Source: Lachnospiraceae bacterium (GTDB taxonomy: Bacteria > Bacillota > Clostridia > Lachnospirales > Lachnospiraceae). From it: a DNA stretch of 64,000 nt. Within the stretch, counting starts at the first letter, position 1. Every line of letters begins with the position of its first letter. A model generated the notes under the pieces. That model was not told the DNA's origin, did no database searches, and saw only the letters and a list, made by a program, of their open reading frames with translations. Of this stretch, positions 1 to 8,965 are shown piece after piece. The stretch lies in NCBI GenBank assembly GCA_051880395.1, contig JBJENW010000108.1, positions 3,677 through 67,676 of the forward strand. The letters run 5' to 3'. The position numbers were made by a program, and so were the translations under genes.

Positions 1-100
1 TCCGCACCGGACCGACAACCCCAATGTAAATTTCTCCTCCGGTCCGTTTTTGAATATCCTGATAAATGGAAAAACCTTCCTGTCCCATCTGATTTTCCAT
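1..100 (-). CDS. spoIVA: stage IV sporulation protein A, N-terminal fragment (gene continues beyond window start)
   Basis: Minus-strand translation from the ATG at 98-100 gives MENQMGQEGFSIYQDIQKRTGGEIYIGVVGPVR. This matches my recollection of the conserved SpoIVA N-terminus that leads into its Walker A. A GGAGGAG RBS sits at 111-117. Confidence 0.7.
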   Translation of the reverse strand, partial: MENQMGQEGFSIYQDIQKRTGGEIYIGVVGPVR

Positions 101-196
101 GAAAAAAACTCCTCCCTGCCTATCCAAACTAGATGACACGAATCTACTCTGATCATCTAATAAGATATATGCAGAAAGGAGTCTGCTTATGCCTTT

Positions 197-1021
197 TTAT
201 CCGTGAAGCAATCCAAAATACAACAGTACCACTGCACCAAGTATAATGCGATACCAGCCAAACACTTTGAAATCGTGTTTTTTGATGTATCCCATGAAGA
301 AGCGGATCACGATAACGGATACTACGAACGACACGATACATCCGGTCGCTAAGATGGCTGCCTCCATACTGGTAAAATGGAACCCAAATTCCAAAACCTT
401 TATCAGACTGGCACCGAACATCACCGGAATTGCCAAAAAAAAGGTAAACTCTGCTGCCACACTTCGAGAAACGCCGATCAGCAATGCACCGATAATAGTC
501 GCACCGGAACGACTGGTTCCCGGGAAGACGGCTGCGATCAACTGAAACATTCCGATGATAAACGCCGCTTGGAATGTGATATCTGCCAGCGTATTGATTT
601 TTGCCGCTTTTCCTTTATGTACGCTTTCTACCACGATAAAAGCGATGCCGAATACGATCAAAGCCGACGCGATCACAACATAATTGTAGAACAGTTCCTC
701 AATCTGATCCCCACACAGCAATTCCACAACCACTGCAGGAATACAGGCAACTGCAATTTTGATCCACATCATAAAAATGTCTTGTTTCACACAATACTTT
801 TCTTTTGTAGAAAATGGCCAGATCTGCTTCCAAAACAAAAGCACCACTGCCATAATCGCTCCCAACTGAATCACTACCTCAAACATACTAAAGAATTCTT
901 TGCTGACATTAAATTTCATAAACTCATTCAGCAAGATCAAGTGCCCAGTACTGCTAATTGGAAGCCATTCTGTAATTCCCTCCACAATACCGAATAAAAT
1001 CGCTTTTAAAATTTCAATCAT
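197..1021 (-). CDS. uppP: undecaprenyl-diphosphate phosphatase (BacA/UppP)
   Basis: 274-aa polytopic ORF. The N-terminus MIEILKAILFGIVEGITEWLPISSTGHL and the later PGTSRSG motif are UppP signatures. Confidence 0.9.
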   Translation of the reverse strand: MIEILKAILFGIVEGITEWLPISSTGHLILLNEFMKFNVSKEFFSMFEVVIQLGAIMAVVLLFWKQIWPFSTKEKYCVKQDIFMMWIKIAVACIPAVVVELLCGDQIEELFYNYVVIASALIVFGIAFIVVESVHKGKAAKINTLADITFQAAFIIGMFQLIAAVFPGTSRSGATIIGALLIGVSRSVAAEFTFFLAIPVMFGASLIKVLEFGFHFTSMEAAILATGCIVSFVVSVIVIRFFMGYIKKHDFKVFGWYRIILGAVVLLYFGLLHG

Positions 1022-1163
1022 TCTGTCACATTTCCTCCGTTTTTTGTACTTTCAAAATTTTTCCGTCTTTAAAAGGAATAAAAAAACTTCGAAAGCCGAT
1101 TCTGCCAAAGCGATTATAGCATGATATTCGTTCGGTTGTAAACAAGGGCATTAGTACTTATCT

Positions 1164-2651
1164 CTATTTGTCTTGCGGAATTCGCCCATATAATTTTGTA
1201 TTTTTTCGAATTTTTTTCGCTAGTTTTTCTGTAAAATCTGATTCTTTTGCACGCCACATCCAGTTTTTTCCGAGTGTAGACGGCTCATTCATCCGTGCTT
1301 CACTGCCAAGTCCGATCAAATCCTGCATCGTCACGATCGCTGTATCTGCTACACTTGCCCAGGCAGCTTTCATCATGCCCCAATGATACCCCTCTTTTTT
1401 TGTTAAACGCAGATATTTTTTCGCAAATTTTACGGATGCTTTCGGTGCGGTTTCAAACCATCCCAAAATCGTATCATTGTCATGCGTTCCGGTGTAAACC
1501 ACGCAATTCACTGGATAGGTATGCGGCTGATAATCATTTTCTTCCCGCGAATCAAATGCAAACTGCAGTACTTTCATGCCGGGATATCCACTTCTTTTTA
1601 GCATTTTTCGAACAGAATCCGTCAAAAATCCGAGATCTTCGGCAATTAACGGCAATTTTCCCATTTTTTTCTCCATCGTCTGAAACAACTTGATTCCAGG
1701 TCCCTTTCGCCACTCCCCATTTTTCGCCGTTTCATCTCCATACGGAATTGCATAGTACGACTCAAATCCGCGAAAATGATCGATTCGTATCACATCAAAC
1801 AACCGTCGCATAGCCTCAACCCGTTTACACCACCAGGCGAAATCCTCTTTTTTCATGACATTCCAACGAAATAGCGGATTTCCCCACAACTGACCGTCCT
1901 CGCTGAACGCATCCGGCGGGCACCCCGCCACCTCGATGGGTTGTAAATTCTCATCCAGATAAAACTGCTTTGGATTCGCCCAAACATCCGCACTGTCTAA
2001 CGCCACATAAATCGGCATATCTCCGATCAGCTGAATGCCGTTTTCATTTGCATAGAGCTTTAGATCGCTCCACTGTTCAAAGAAAAAGAACTGTAGCATC
2101 TTGTAGAATTCAATTTCTTCACGATAGGTGCTCTTTGCTTTTTCCAACGCTTTCGGCTCACGCATTTTCCATTCATCTGGCCATTCCTGCCAAGAGACAC
2201 CGTTTTGCGATTCTTTCAATGCCATAAACAATGCATAATCTTCCAGCCAGTCTTTTTCTTTCTCACAAAATTTTGCATATTTCGGCAGTTCGTTTTGGAA
2301 GAGCCGTTTCTGCGCTTTTTTCAACAGAGGATACCGTTTCTGATAGAGCATTGCATAATCCACCCTTGTTTCTTCTTTTCCCCAGTTAACTGCTTCGCAC
2401 TCTTTCTTTTTCAGATATCCTTCTTTACAAAGGATATCAAGATCGATAAAATATGGATTCCCCGCAAACGCCGAAAACGACTGATATGGGGAATCTCCGT
2501 AACTGGTCGGACCTACCGGCAGCATCTGCCAATACGTCTGCCCGCTTTTTTTTAAAAAATCAACAAATTGATATGCCGTTTCTCCCAGCGTGCCGATTCC
2601 ATACGGAGACGGCAGGGAAGAAACGTGCATCAAAATTCCGCTCGCACGCAT
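1164..2651 (-). CDS. malQ: 4-alpha-glucanotransferase (amylomaltase, GH77)
   Basis: Motifs GILMHVSSLPSPYGIGTLG, YWQMLPVGPT and GDSPYQS are present. I moved the start to the internal ATG (MRASGILMH), which is preceded by GAGGG. The longer ORF start is less likely. Confidence 0.88.
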   Translation of the reverse strand: MRASGILMHVSSLPSPYGIGTLGETAYQFVDFLKKSGQTYWQMLPVGPTSYGDSPYQSFSAFAGNPYFIDLDILCKEGYLKKKECEAVNWGKEETRVDYAMLYQKRYPLLKKAQKRLFQNELPKYAKFCEKEKDWLEDYALFMALKESQNGVSWQEWPDEWKMREPKALEKAKSTYREEIEFYKMLQFFFFEQWSDLKLYANENGIQLIGDMPIYVALDSADVWANPKQFYLDENLQPIEVAGCPPDAFSEDGQLWGNPLFRWNVMKKEDFAWWCKRVEAMRRLFDVIRIDHFRGFESYYAIPYGDETAKNGEWRKGPGIKLFQTMEKKMGKLPLIAEDLGFLTDSVRKMLKRSGYPGMKVLQFAFDSREENDYQPHTYPVNCVVYTGTHDNDTILGWFETAPKASVKFAKKYLRLTKKEGYHWGMMKAAWASVADTAIVTMQDLIGLGSEARMNEPSTLGKNWMWRAKESDFTEKLAKKIRKNTKLYGRIPQDK

Positions 2652-2847
2652 TCGAATCCCTCTTTTCTTTTTTCTTTTTATTATACCGTATCTTGTCACA
2701 CTATGGCAGATTTTTTTCATCGTTTGACAGTTATTCTAAAACATTTGCGCAAAAAAGCTCGTTTTTTGTCTACATTCCAAGCAGATTCTATGATACACTT
2801 GTAATACGATATGAGAAATGTAGAACGAAGAAAGGAATTAAGAACGT

Positions 2848-4110
2848 ATGAAAGAAGAAACACGCCATCATCTCCGGCATGATCTGCGCCGGCTTATCGT
2901 TTCAATTAAATGGATTATTTATGCCGTTTTTTCCGGTGTAATTGTTGGTTTAGTCGGCACTTTATTTTTTTATTGTATGTCAGCCGCTACCGAACTGCGG
3001 AAAGAAAATCCCTGGCTGATTCTAATGCTTCCGGGCGCTGGTATTTTGATTGTCAGTATTTACAAAGTATTACACGATGAAAAAAGTACTGGCACAAATC
3101 TGGTATTATCTGCCATTCATTCCGGTGAAAATCTGCCGCTTCGAATGGCTCCCTCCATTTTCATTTCCACTGTGATCACGCATTTATTCGGAGGTTCCGC
3201 AGGTCGGGAAGGCGCTGCGCTTCAGCTAGGCGGCAGTATCGGCGCCGCACTCGGAAAGTGGTTTAAGTTCGACCAAAAGGATCAGCACGTCATGATCATG
3301 TGTGGGATGAGCGCTGCCTTTTCTGCACTGTTTGGCACTCCTATGGCCGCTGCTATTTTTTCTATGGAAGTTGTCAGCGTAGGGATTATGTATTATGTTG
3401 CACTGGTTCCCTGTGTCATTTCCGCTCTGGTCGCACATGCTGTAGCCTCAACCTTTCACATTATCCCAGAGATGTTTCCTCTAAAAAATCTGCCTCCGTT
3501 TTCTATCACAAATGCAATCCGTATTTCCTTTCTTGCGATTGCCTGTGCCGGTGTCAGTATTATATTTTGTATTCTTTTACATACCGTCACGGACCTATAT
3601 CACAAGTTTTTTGAAGATTCCTATCTTCGCATTTTTGTAGGCGGCTGTCTCGTTTTAATGCTGACGTTTCTCGTCGGCTCACAAGATTACAACGGTGCCG
3701 GCATGGAGATCATTGCTTCTAGTGTTGCGAAGGAACAGGCACATCCTCTGGCATTTTTATTAAAAATAATTTTTACAGCTCTGACCCTTGGTGCCGGATA
3801 TAAAGGCGGTGAAATCGTACCTTCCTTTTTTGTCGGCGCCACATTCGGCTGTGTTTTCGGAAAACTGATCGGATTATCTCCAGCCTTGTGTGCCGCCGTC
3901 GGTATGAGTTCCGTCTTCTGTGGTGTGACAAACTGCCCGATCACCTCCCTCTTGATCAGTTTTGAACTGTTTGGATATTCCGAAATGCCATTTTTCCTTC
4001 TCTCCATTGCACTGAGCTACATGCTTTCCGGCTATTACGGATTATATGCTTCCCAAAAGATCATATATTCCAAATACAAAACCGAATACATTAACCGAAA
4101 AACACATTAA
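2848..4110 (+). CDS. CLC-family anion channel/antiporter, short form without CBS domains (possibly CLC-F-like)
   Basis: 420-aa polytopic ORF with GREGAALQLGG (gating Glu motif), GTPMAAAIF and GGEIVPSFFVGA. GTNLVL replaces the canonical GSGIP. Confidence 0.8.
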   Translation: MKEETRHHLRHDLRRLIVSIKWIIYAVFSGVIVGLVGTLFFYCMSAATELRKENPWLILMLPGAGILIVSIYKVLHDEKSTGTNLVLSAIHSGENLPLRMAPSIFISTVITHLFGGSAGREGAALQLGGSIGAALGKWFKFDQKDQHVMIMCGMSAAFSALFGTPMAAAIFSMEVVSVGIMYYVALVPCVISALVAHAVASTFHIIPEMFPLKNLPPFSITNAIRISFLAIACAGVSIIFCILLHTVTDLYHKFFEDSYLRIFVGGCLVLMLTFLVGSQDYNGAGMEIIASSVAKEQAHPLAFLLKIIFTALTLGAGYKGGEIVPSFFVGATFGCVFGKLIGLSPALCAAVGMSSVFCGVTNCPITSLLISFELFGYSEMPFFLLSIALSYMLSGYYGLYASQKIIYSKYKTEYINRKTH

Positions 4111-4137
4111 ATTTCTATTTATACTACTAATTCCCAG

Positions 4138-4490
4138 GCGGACGTTTCCGGGATTTGGACAGACGCAGGTTACGGGACGGCAGCTTTCAGAGGGACCAGA
4201 CAAAAATGCAGTCAAGTTCGCGACGGGCCAATCTGCGATGCTTTATTTTTGCTGTTTTCCGAAGGTCGTACAGTCTGCACAAAGATGTACGCCAGAGCAA
4301 GACTCAAAGTCGGATTCTTTCTCTGGCGTACACCTTTGCACAGCCAGTCCGCCAATCGGCAAAACAGCAAAGGCATCGCAGATTGGCCCGTCGGAACTTA
4401 CTAGCATTTCTGTCAAGGTCCCTCTGAAAGCTGCCGTCCCGTAACCTGCGTCTGTCCAAATCCCGGAAACTGTGTATCGGAACCGAGAGG
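4138..4490. repeat. long hairpin-forming intergenic repeat, copy A
   Basis: The element starts with GCGGACGTTTCCGGGA and ends with TCCCGGAAACTGTGTATCGGAACCGAGAGG. The arm GGACAGACGCAGGTTACGGGACGGCAGCTTTCAGAGGGACC pairs perfectly with its reverse complement about 250 nt downstream. The core is shared with copies B and C. Confidence 0.85.
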
Positions 4491-4766
4491 TTATATTTTT
4501 TGAAAATGAAAAGTATAAATCTTACATGCAGAATATCGTTTCGATCACTTTTCATATACTGACAGATCTCAGCCGCATAACCGCAGGATTTATCTGTATA
4601 AAAAATATGCGAGACCTTATGCAGTTCGTAAAATTTGTGATGAATTTTGAATACATTACGTTTTCTTAAGAAACATATTTTAATCTTTTGCAACTGATTA
4701 TTGGAAACGAGAGGTTAAAATCTGTTTCGTTTGCACCAGAAAGTTGTGGCCATAGAAAATTCACTG

Positions 4767-5122
4767 TCTTTCGGTTCCAATACACAGTTTCCGGGATTCG
4801 GCGGGGAGATTCGCACTGGGGATGGCTGGTTCAAAAGTGGCTTTGACAGAAATGTTAGTGAGCTCGGGCGGGTAAAATTGCGATGCCTTTGCTGTCTTGC
4901 CGTAAGGCGGAAAGGCTGTGCGGATTTGTACGCCAGAGAAAGAATCCGCTTTTGAGTCTTACTCTGGCGTACAAATCCGTGCAGACTGTCCGACATACGG
5001 AAGACAGCAAAAATAAAGCATCGCAATTTTGCCCGTCCGAACTCGACTTCATTTCTGTCTAGCCACTTTTGAACCAGCCATCCCCAGTGCAAATCTCCCC
5101 GCCGAATCCCGGAAACGTCCGC
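4767..5122. repeat. long hairpin-forming intergenic repeat, copy B (inverted relative to A)
   Basis: The element starts with CTTTCGGTTCCAATACACAGTTTCCGGGA and ends with TCCCGGAAACGTCCGC. Its outer stem CGGCGGGGAGATTCGCACTGGGGATGGCTGGTTCAAAAGTGGC is self-complementary but unrelated in sequence to the stem of A. Confidence 0.85.
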
Positions 5123-5161
5123 ATAGAAACTAATAGGACAAACAGAAAGTTTGTGTTCAAT

Positions 5162-5202
5162 AAGAAAACCCCCCGCAAGCGGGTAAACCCGCTTGCAGGG
5201 GG
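5162..5202 (-). terminator. intrinsic terminator of the rnf operon
   Basis: A GC-rich hairpin CCCCCGCAAGCGGGT/ACCCGCTTGCAGGGGG is followed on the minus strand by TTTTCTT, 20 nt after the rnfB stop. Confidence 0.8.
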
Positions 5203-5222
5203 TATAAAAAGAAACACTCTGC

Positions 5223-6014
5223 TTATAAAATGATCTTTTTCGGACATTTTTCTGCGCAGACACCACATCCGGTACATTTGTCCTGATCGATGTAAGCCAC
5301 ATTGTCCACGACATGAACCGCATCGTGCTCACAGTTCTTTTCGCACAAATGACAGCCAATACAACCAACGGAACATGCTTTCATGACGTCTTTACCCTTG
5401 TCCTTCGAACTGCACTGTACCGCATGTTTTGCATCATATGGTACTAATTCGATCAAACCTTTTGGACAGGTTGCCACACATTTTCCGCAGGCTTTACAAG
5501 CCTCTTTGTCCACTTTTGCGATACCATCCACGATATGAATGGCATCAAACGGGCACGCTTTCACGCAGCTTCCCATTCCTAAACAGCCATAATTACAGGA
5601 TTTCGGACCACCGTTTGGCACAAATGCCATTGCAGAACACTCTTCCACTCCGGTATATGCATAGTCCTGGTTTGCTTTCTCGCAGTTTCCGGCACATTTT
5701 ACAAATGCAACCATCCGTTTGCTCTCACCGGCAGATACGCCCATGATCTCGCCAACTTTTTCTCCGACAGCAGCGCCACCGACCGGACACTGATTGACTG
5801 GCGCTTCGCCTTTCACGATTGCAGCAGCCAGACCGGAACATCCGGCATATCCGCAACCACCACAGTTATTTCCCGGGAGTACCTCTAATATTGCTTCTTC
5901 TCTCGGATCCACTTCTACTTTTAATTTTTCTCCGGCAATACCAAGGAAAAATCCGATCAGTATGCCTGTGCCACCTACGATGACGGCGGCAATGATAATA
6001 CTTGTAATATCCAT
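5223..6014 (-). CDS. rnfB: Rnf electron-transport complex subunit B (polyferredoxin)
   Basis: N-terminal TM helix, a CGGCGYAGC motif and several CxxCxxCxxxCP 4Fe-4S motifs. It is the last gene of the rnfCDGEAB order. Confidence 0.9.
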   Translation of the reverse strand: MDITSIIIAAVIVGGTGILIGFFLGIAGEKLKVEVDPREEAILEVLPGNNCGGCGYAGCSGLAAAIVKGEAPVNQCPVGGAAVGEKVGEIMGVSAGESKRMVAFVKCAGNCEKANQDYAYTGVEECSAMAFVPNGGPKSCNYGCLGMGSCVKACPFDAIHIVDGIAKVDKEACKACGKCVATCPKGLIELVPYDAKHAVQCSSKDKGKDVMKACSVGCIGCHLCEKNCEHDAVHVVDNVAYIDQDKCTGCGVCAEKCPKKIIL

Positions 6015-6026
6015 CTGCCTGCCCTC

Positions 6027-6602
6027 CTAAATGACGCCTGAGAATCCGAAAAATGCAATCGCCATCAAACCTGCTGTTACAAGCACGATCGGTGAACCTT
6101 TGAATGCACCCGGTACGTCGTTGTATTCAATCTTCTCTCTGATACCTGCCATAATGACAATCGCGATGGTAAAGCCGACTGCTGTCGCAAATCCGTTTAC
6201 CACGCTCTGTAAAATGTTATAATTTTTTGTCACATTCTTTAACGCAACACCAAGTACTGCACAGTTTGTCGTGATCAGCGGAAGATACACTCCCAAAGAC
6301 TGATACAGTGCCGGCATTGACTTTTTCAAAAACATTTCCACAAACTGCACCAATGCTGCAATAACCAAGATAAAGACGATGGTCTGCAGATATTCAAAGC
6401 CCGACGGTGCCAAAATAAATTTGTAAATCAATCCCGTTACAAAGGAGGACAATGTGATAACGAAAACAATCGCTCCTCCCATACCTGCCGCCGTCTCTAC
6501 TTTCTTAGAAACACCAAGAAACGGACATAAGCCTAAAAACTGGCTCAAAACGACATTATTTACAATAGCGGAACTTACTAAAATAATCAGTAATTCTTTC
6601 AT
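6027..6602 (-). CDS. rnfA: Rnf complex subunit A
   Basis: 191-aa polytopic protein with an RnfA/NqrE-like sequence (LGLCPFLGVS) in the expected operon position. Confidence 0.9.
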   Translation of the reverse strand: MKELLIILVSSAIVNNVVLSQFLGLCPFLGVSKKVETAAGMGGAIVFVITLSSFVTGLIYKFILAPSGFEYLQTIVFILVIAALVQFVEMFLKKSMPALYQSLGVYLPLITTNCAVLGVALKNVTKNYNILQSVVNGFATAVGFTIAIVIMAGIREKIEYNDVPGAFKGSPIVLVTAGLMAIAFFGFSGVI

Positions 6603-6616
6603 CTTGTCTCATCCCC

Positions 6617-7372
6617 CTATTCTTTCTTCGCAGCTTCTGTAGCTGCCGGTGCTTTTTCAGATGTGGAAACACGTCCTGTACACATGCTGTTCCCACAACT
6701 TAAGCAGTCTCCAGCCAGGCATCCTTGTGCTGCTGCCATCGGTTTGCCCTTTTTCTCTGCATTCTTTTTGATCTGATTCATAATTGCAACCAAAAAACCT
6801 AATACAAAGAACGCACCAGGTGCCAATACAAAAATCGTGATCGGTGTATATCCAGCTTTTCCAGTTGCTGCATCCGCTAATGGTAAAAGTTGGAATCCGA
6901 AAATCTGTCCGGCACCTAAAATCTCACGAACAATACCAATACAGGTCAGACCAAATGTAAATCCAAGTCCCATACCAATACCATCAAAGATAGATGGAAT
7001 TACCGGATTCTTAGACGCATAACTTTCTGCACGACCTAAGATGATACAGTTAACAACGATCAATGGAATATAAATACCCAGTGATGCATACAAAGCTGGC
7101 ACAAAACCCTGTACCAAGAACTGTACAATTGTTACAAACGATGCCACAATAACGATAAATGCCGGCATACGAACTCTATCCGGAATCACTTTCCGGAGCA
7201 TGGAAATGATCATATTCGACATAACCAAAACAACGGTTGTAGAAAGCCCCATACCAAGGCCGTTGATGGCAGAGGTTGTGACTGCCAGTGTCGGACACAT
7301 ACCAAGCATCAGCACAAAGGTAGGATTTTCTTTAATAAGACCGTTGTATAATCTCTCTACACATTTATTCAT
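6617..7372 (-). CDS. rnfE: Rnf complex subunit E, with a Cys-rich C-terminal tail
   Basis: MNKCVERLYNGLIKENPTFVLMLGMCPTLAV is RnfE/NqrD-like. I placed the start at the internal ATG directly after the rnfG stop. The extra C-terminal tail reads GCLAGDCLSCGNSMC. Confidence 0.88.
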   Translation of the reverse strand: MNKCVERLYNGLIKENPTFVLMLGMCPTLAVTTSAINGLGMGLSTTVVLVMSNMIISMLRKVIPDRVRMPAFIVIVASFVTIVQFLVQGFVPALYASLGIYIPLIVVNCIILGRAESYASKNPVIPSIFDGIGMGLGFTFGLTCIGIVREILGAGQIFGFQLLPLADAATGKAGYTPITIFVLAPGAFFVLGFLVAIMNQIKKNAEKKGKPMAAAQGCLAGDCLSCGNSMCTGRVSTSEKAPAATEAAKKE

Positions 7373-7373
7373 C

Positions 7374-7991
7374 TTAATTACCTCCTGCCAATACATTTCT
7401 GAAATAACACATACCAGCATCAACACCATAAGTCATCGCCTTCGATGTGATCGTAGCTCCACTGATCGCCTCGATCGGATCACTTGCAGAAGCGTCTACT
7501 TTGCTGACTTCTAAATAACTGTCCGGCGCAGAAAAGGTATGATCTTTAAACTGATCCATAAAAGCGGATTCTTTCGCTTTCATACCAAGTCCGGCTGTTT
7601 CACTGATATCTGTAATGGAATAACCATTTAACGTTCCGTCTTCTTTCACACCCATGGAGAAAGAAATGTCTCCGCCATATCCTGCATGACTCGTCACATT
7701 TAATACATACCCCAGGATCGTTCCACTGGAATCTTTTGCAGCTACCACACTTGTAATGTCATCATCTGCATAACCATTATCTGCTAAAACTTTTTCTGCT
7801 TCCTGTGTGTCAATGTCTACATCTTCAAATGTTTCCGCAGAATCAAAAACAGCTTTGTAAGCTTCTTGTGTCGCTTTTGCATTGGCATCTGCAATCGGCT
7901 GTTTTGTCACATTGTATACCAATCCTAATGCTGTACCGGCAACAAGTGTGATGAGCGTTAGAAGTAGTGCATCTTTTACGACTTTATTCAT
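7374..7991 (-). CDS. rnfG: Rnf complex subunit G (FMN-binding)
   Basis: N-terminal TM anchor plus an SGATITS flavin-attachment motif, in the expected operon position. Confidence 0.88.
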   Translation of the reverse strand: MNKVVKDALLLTLITLVAGTALGLVYNVTKQPIADANAKATQEAYKAVFDSAETFEDVDIDTQEAEKVLADNGYADDDITSVVAAKDSSGTILGYVLNVTSHAGYGGDISFSMGVKEDGTLNGYSITDISETAGLGMKAKESAFMDQFKDHTFSAPDSYLEVSKVDASASDPIEAISGATITSKAMTYGVDAGMCYFRNVLAGGN

Positions 7992-8934
7992 TCTTCTTTC
8001 CCTCCTTTACAACACCGAATGCCCTCGGTACCGTCCATCTTTCAATCAGCGGAACTAACAGGTTGCTGAAGATGATCGCATAGGAAACACCCTCTGCAGA
8101 AGCTCCGAAGATACGGAAAATACCGGTCAGCAAGCCTAAAATAATACCATAAACAATCTTTCCTGTCGGTGTAATTGGCGATGTCACATAATCCGTTGCC
8201 ATAAAGAATGCTCCAAGGAGCAGTCCACCACCACAGATTTCCTGCGTTACATAGGTCCAGTCAAATCCATGACCACCAAATAACAGAATGAAAATGACAA
8301 ATGTCACGATATATGTACCTGGGATTCTCAGATCAATGACTCCCATTATGATCAAAAAGATAGCTCCGATCAGTATTGCGATTGCTGATGTTTCACCAAT
8401 TGTTCCTGCCGTACGACCGATCAACATATCCATCGCATTGTAGGAACCGCCGCCCTTAATAACAGCCAGCGGCGTCGCCTCTGTGACACCATCGTATGTA
8501 AAGCTTGTCATCGTTCCGGTAAAGGAGATCAACAAAAAACAACGAGCAGCCAATGCCGGGTTCATAAAGTTCTGTCCCAATCCGCCAAACAACATTTTTA
8601 CAATGATGATCGCAAATACACTACCGATCATCGCCTGCCACCAAGGCAGTGTATGTGGTAAGTTTAAGGCCAAAAGCAAACCTGTGACAGCGGCACTTAA
8701 ATCGCCGATCGTACTCTTTTTATGCATCAATTTCTCATAAATCCATTCTGATGCAACACAGGTCGCCATACAGACCAAAATTAAAATCAGTGCTTTTACT
8801 CCAAAATTATACACTCCAAAACAGGTGGTCGGCAGTAAACCGATCAGAACATAAAGCATGATCCTGCTTGTGGAATCTTTCGCACGCACGTGTGGTGATG
8901 ATGATACATGAAACAAATCACTCACAATGTTCAC
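7984..8934 (-). CDS. rnfD: Rnf complex subunit D
   Basis: 316-aa polytopic RnfD/NqrB-like protein (SSSPH near the N-terminus, TDYVTSP motif). It overlaps rnfG by 8 nt. Confidence 0.9.
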   Translation of the reverse strand: MNIVSDLFHVSSSPHVRAKDSTSRIMLYVLIGLLPTTCFGVYNFGVKALILILVCMATCVASEWIYEKLMHKKSTIGDLSAAVTGLLLALNLPHTLPWWQAMIGSVFAIIIVKMLFGGLGQNFMNPALAARCFLLISFTGTMTSFTYDGVTEATPLAVIKGGGSYNAMDMLIGRTAGTIGETSAIAILIGAIFLIIMGVIDLRIPGTYIVTFVIFILLFGGHGFDWTYVTQEICGGGLLLGAFFMATDYVTSPITPTGKIVYGIILGLLTGIFRIFGASAEGVSYAIIFSNLLVPLIERWTVPRAFGVVKEGKKNE

Positions 8935-8965
8935 CTCTTTCTACTGTTCTTTCTACAAGTCTTTT

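Noticed and set aside
2721-2847. Fluoride (crcB) riboswitch upstream of the CLC gene.
   Set aside because: I looked for the conserved core and pseudoknot elements of the motif and could not find them by eye. A cmscan would be needed to be certain.
4155-5368. ORF-track entries inside the first repeat locus: 4155-4427, 4304-4693, 4472-4669, 4715-5368, 4731-4955, 4855-5052 and 5059-5277.
   Set aside because: They lie within or across the palindromic repeats and come as mirror-image pairs on both strands, for example the CFIFAVFR peptides. They use GTG/TTG starts without an RBS, and one overlaps the rnfB 3' end. These are artefacts of the hairpin symmetry. The AT-rich spacer at 4491-4766 has no convincing ATG plus SD combination.
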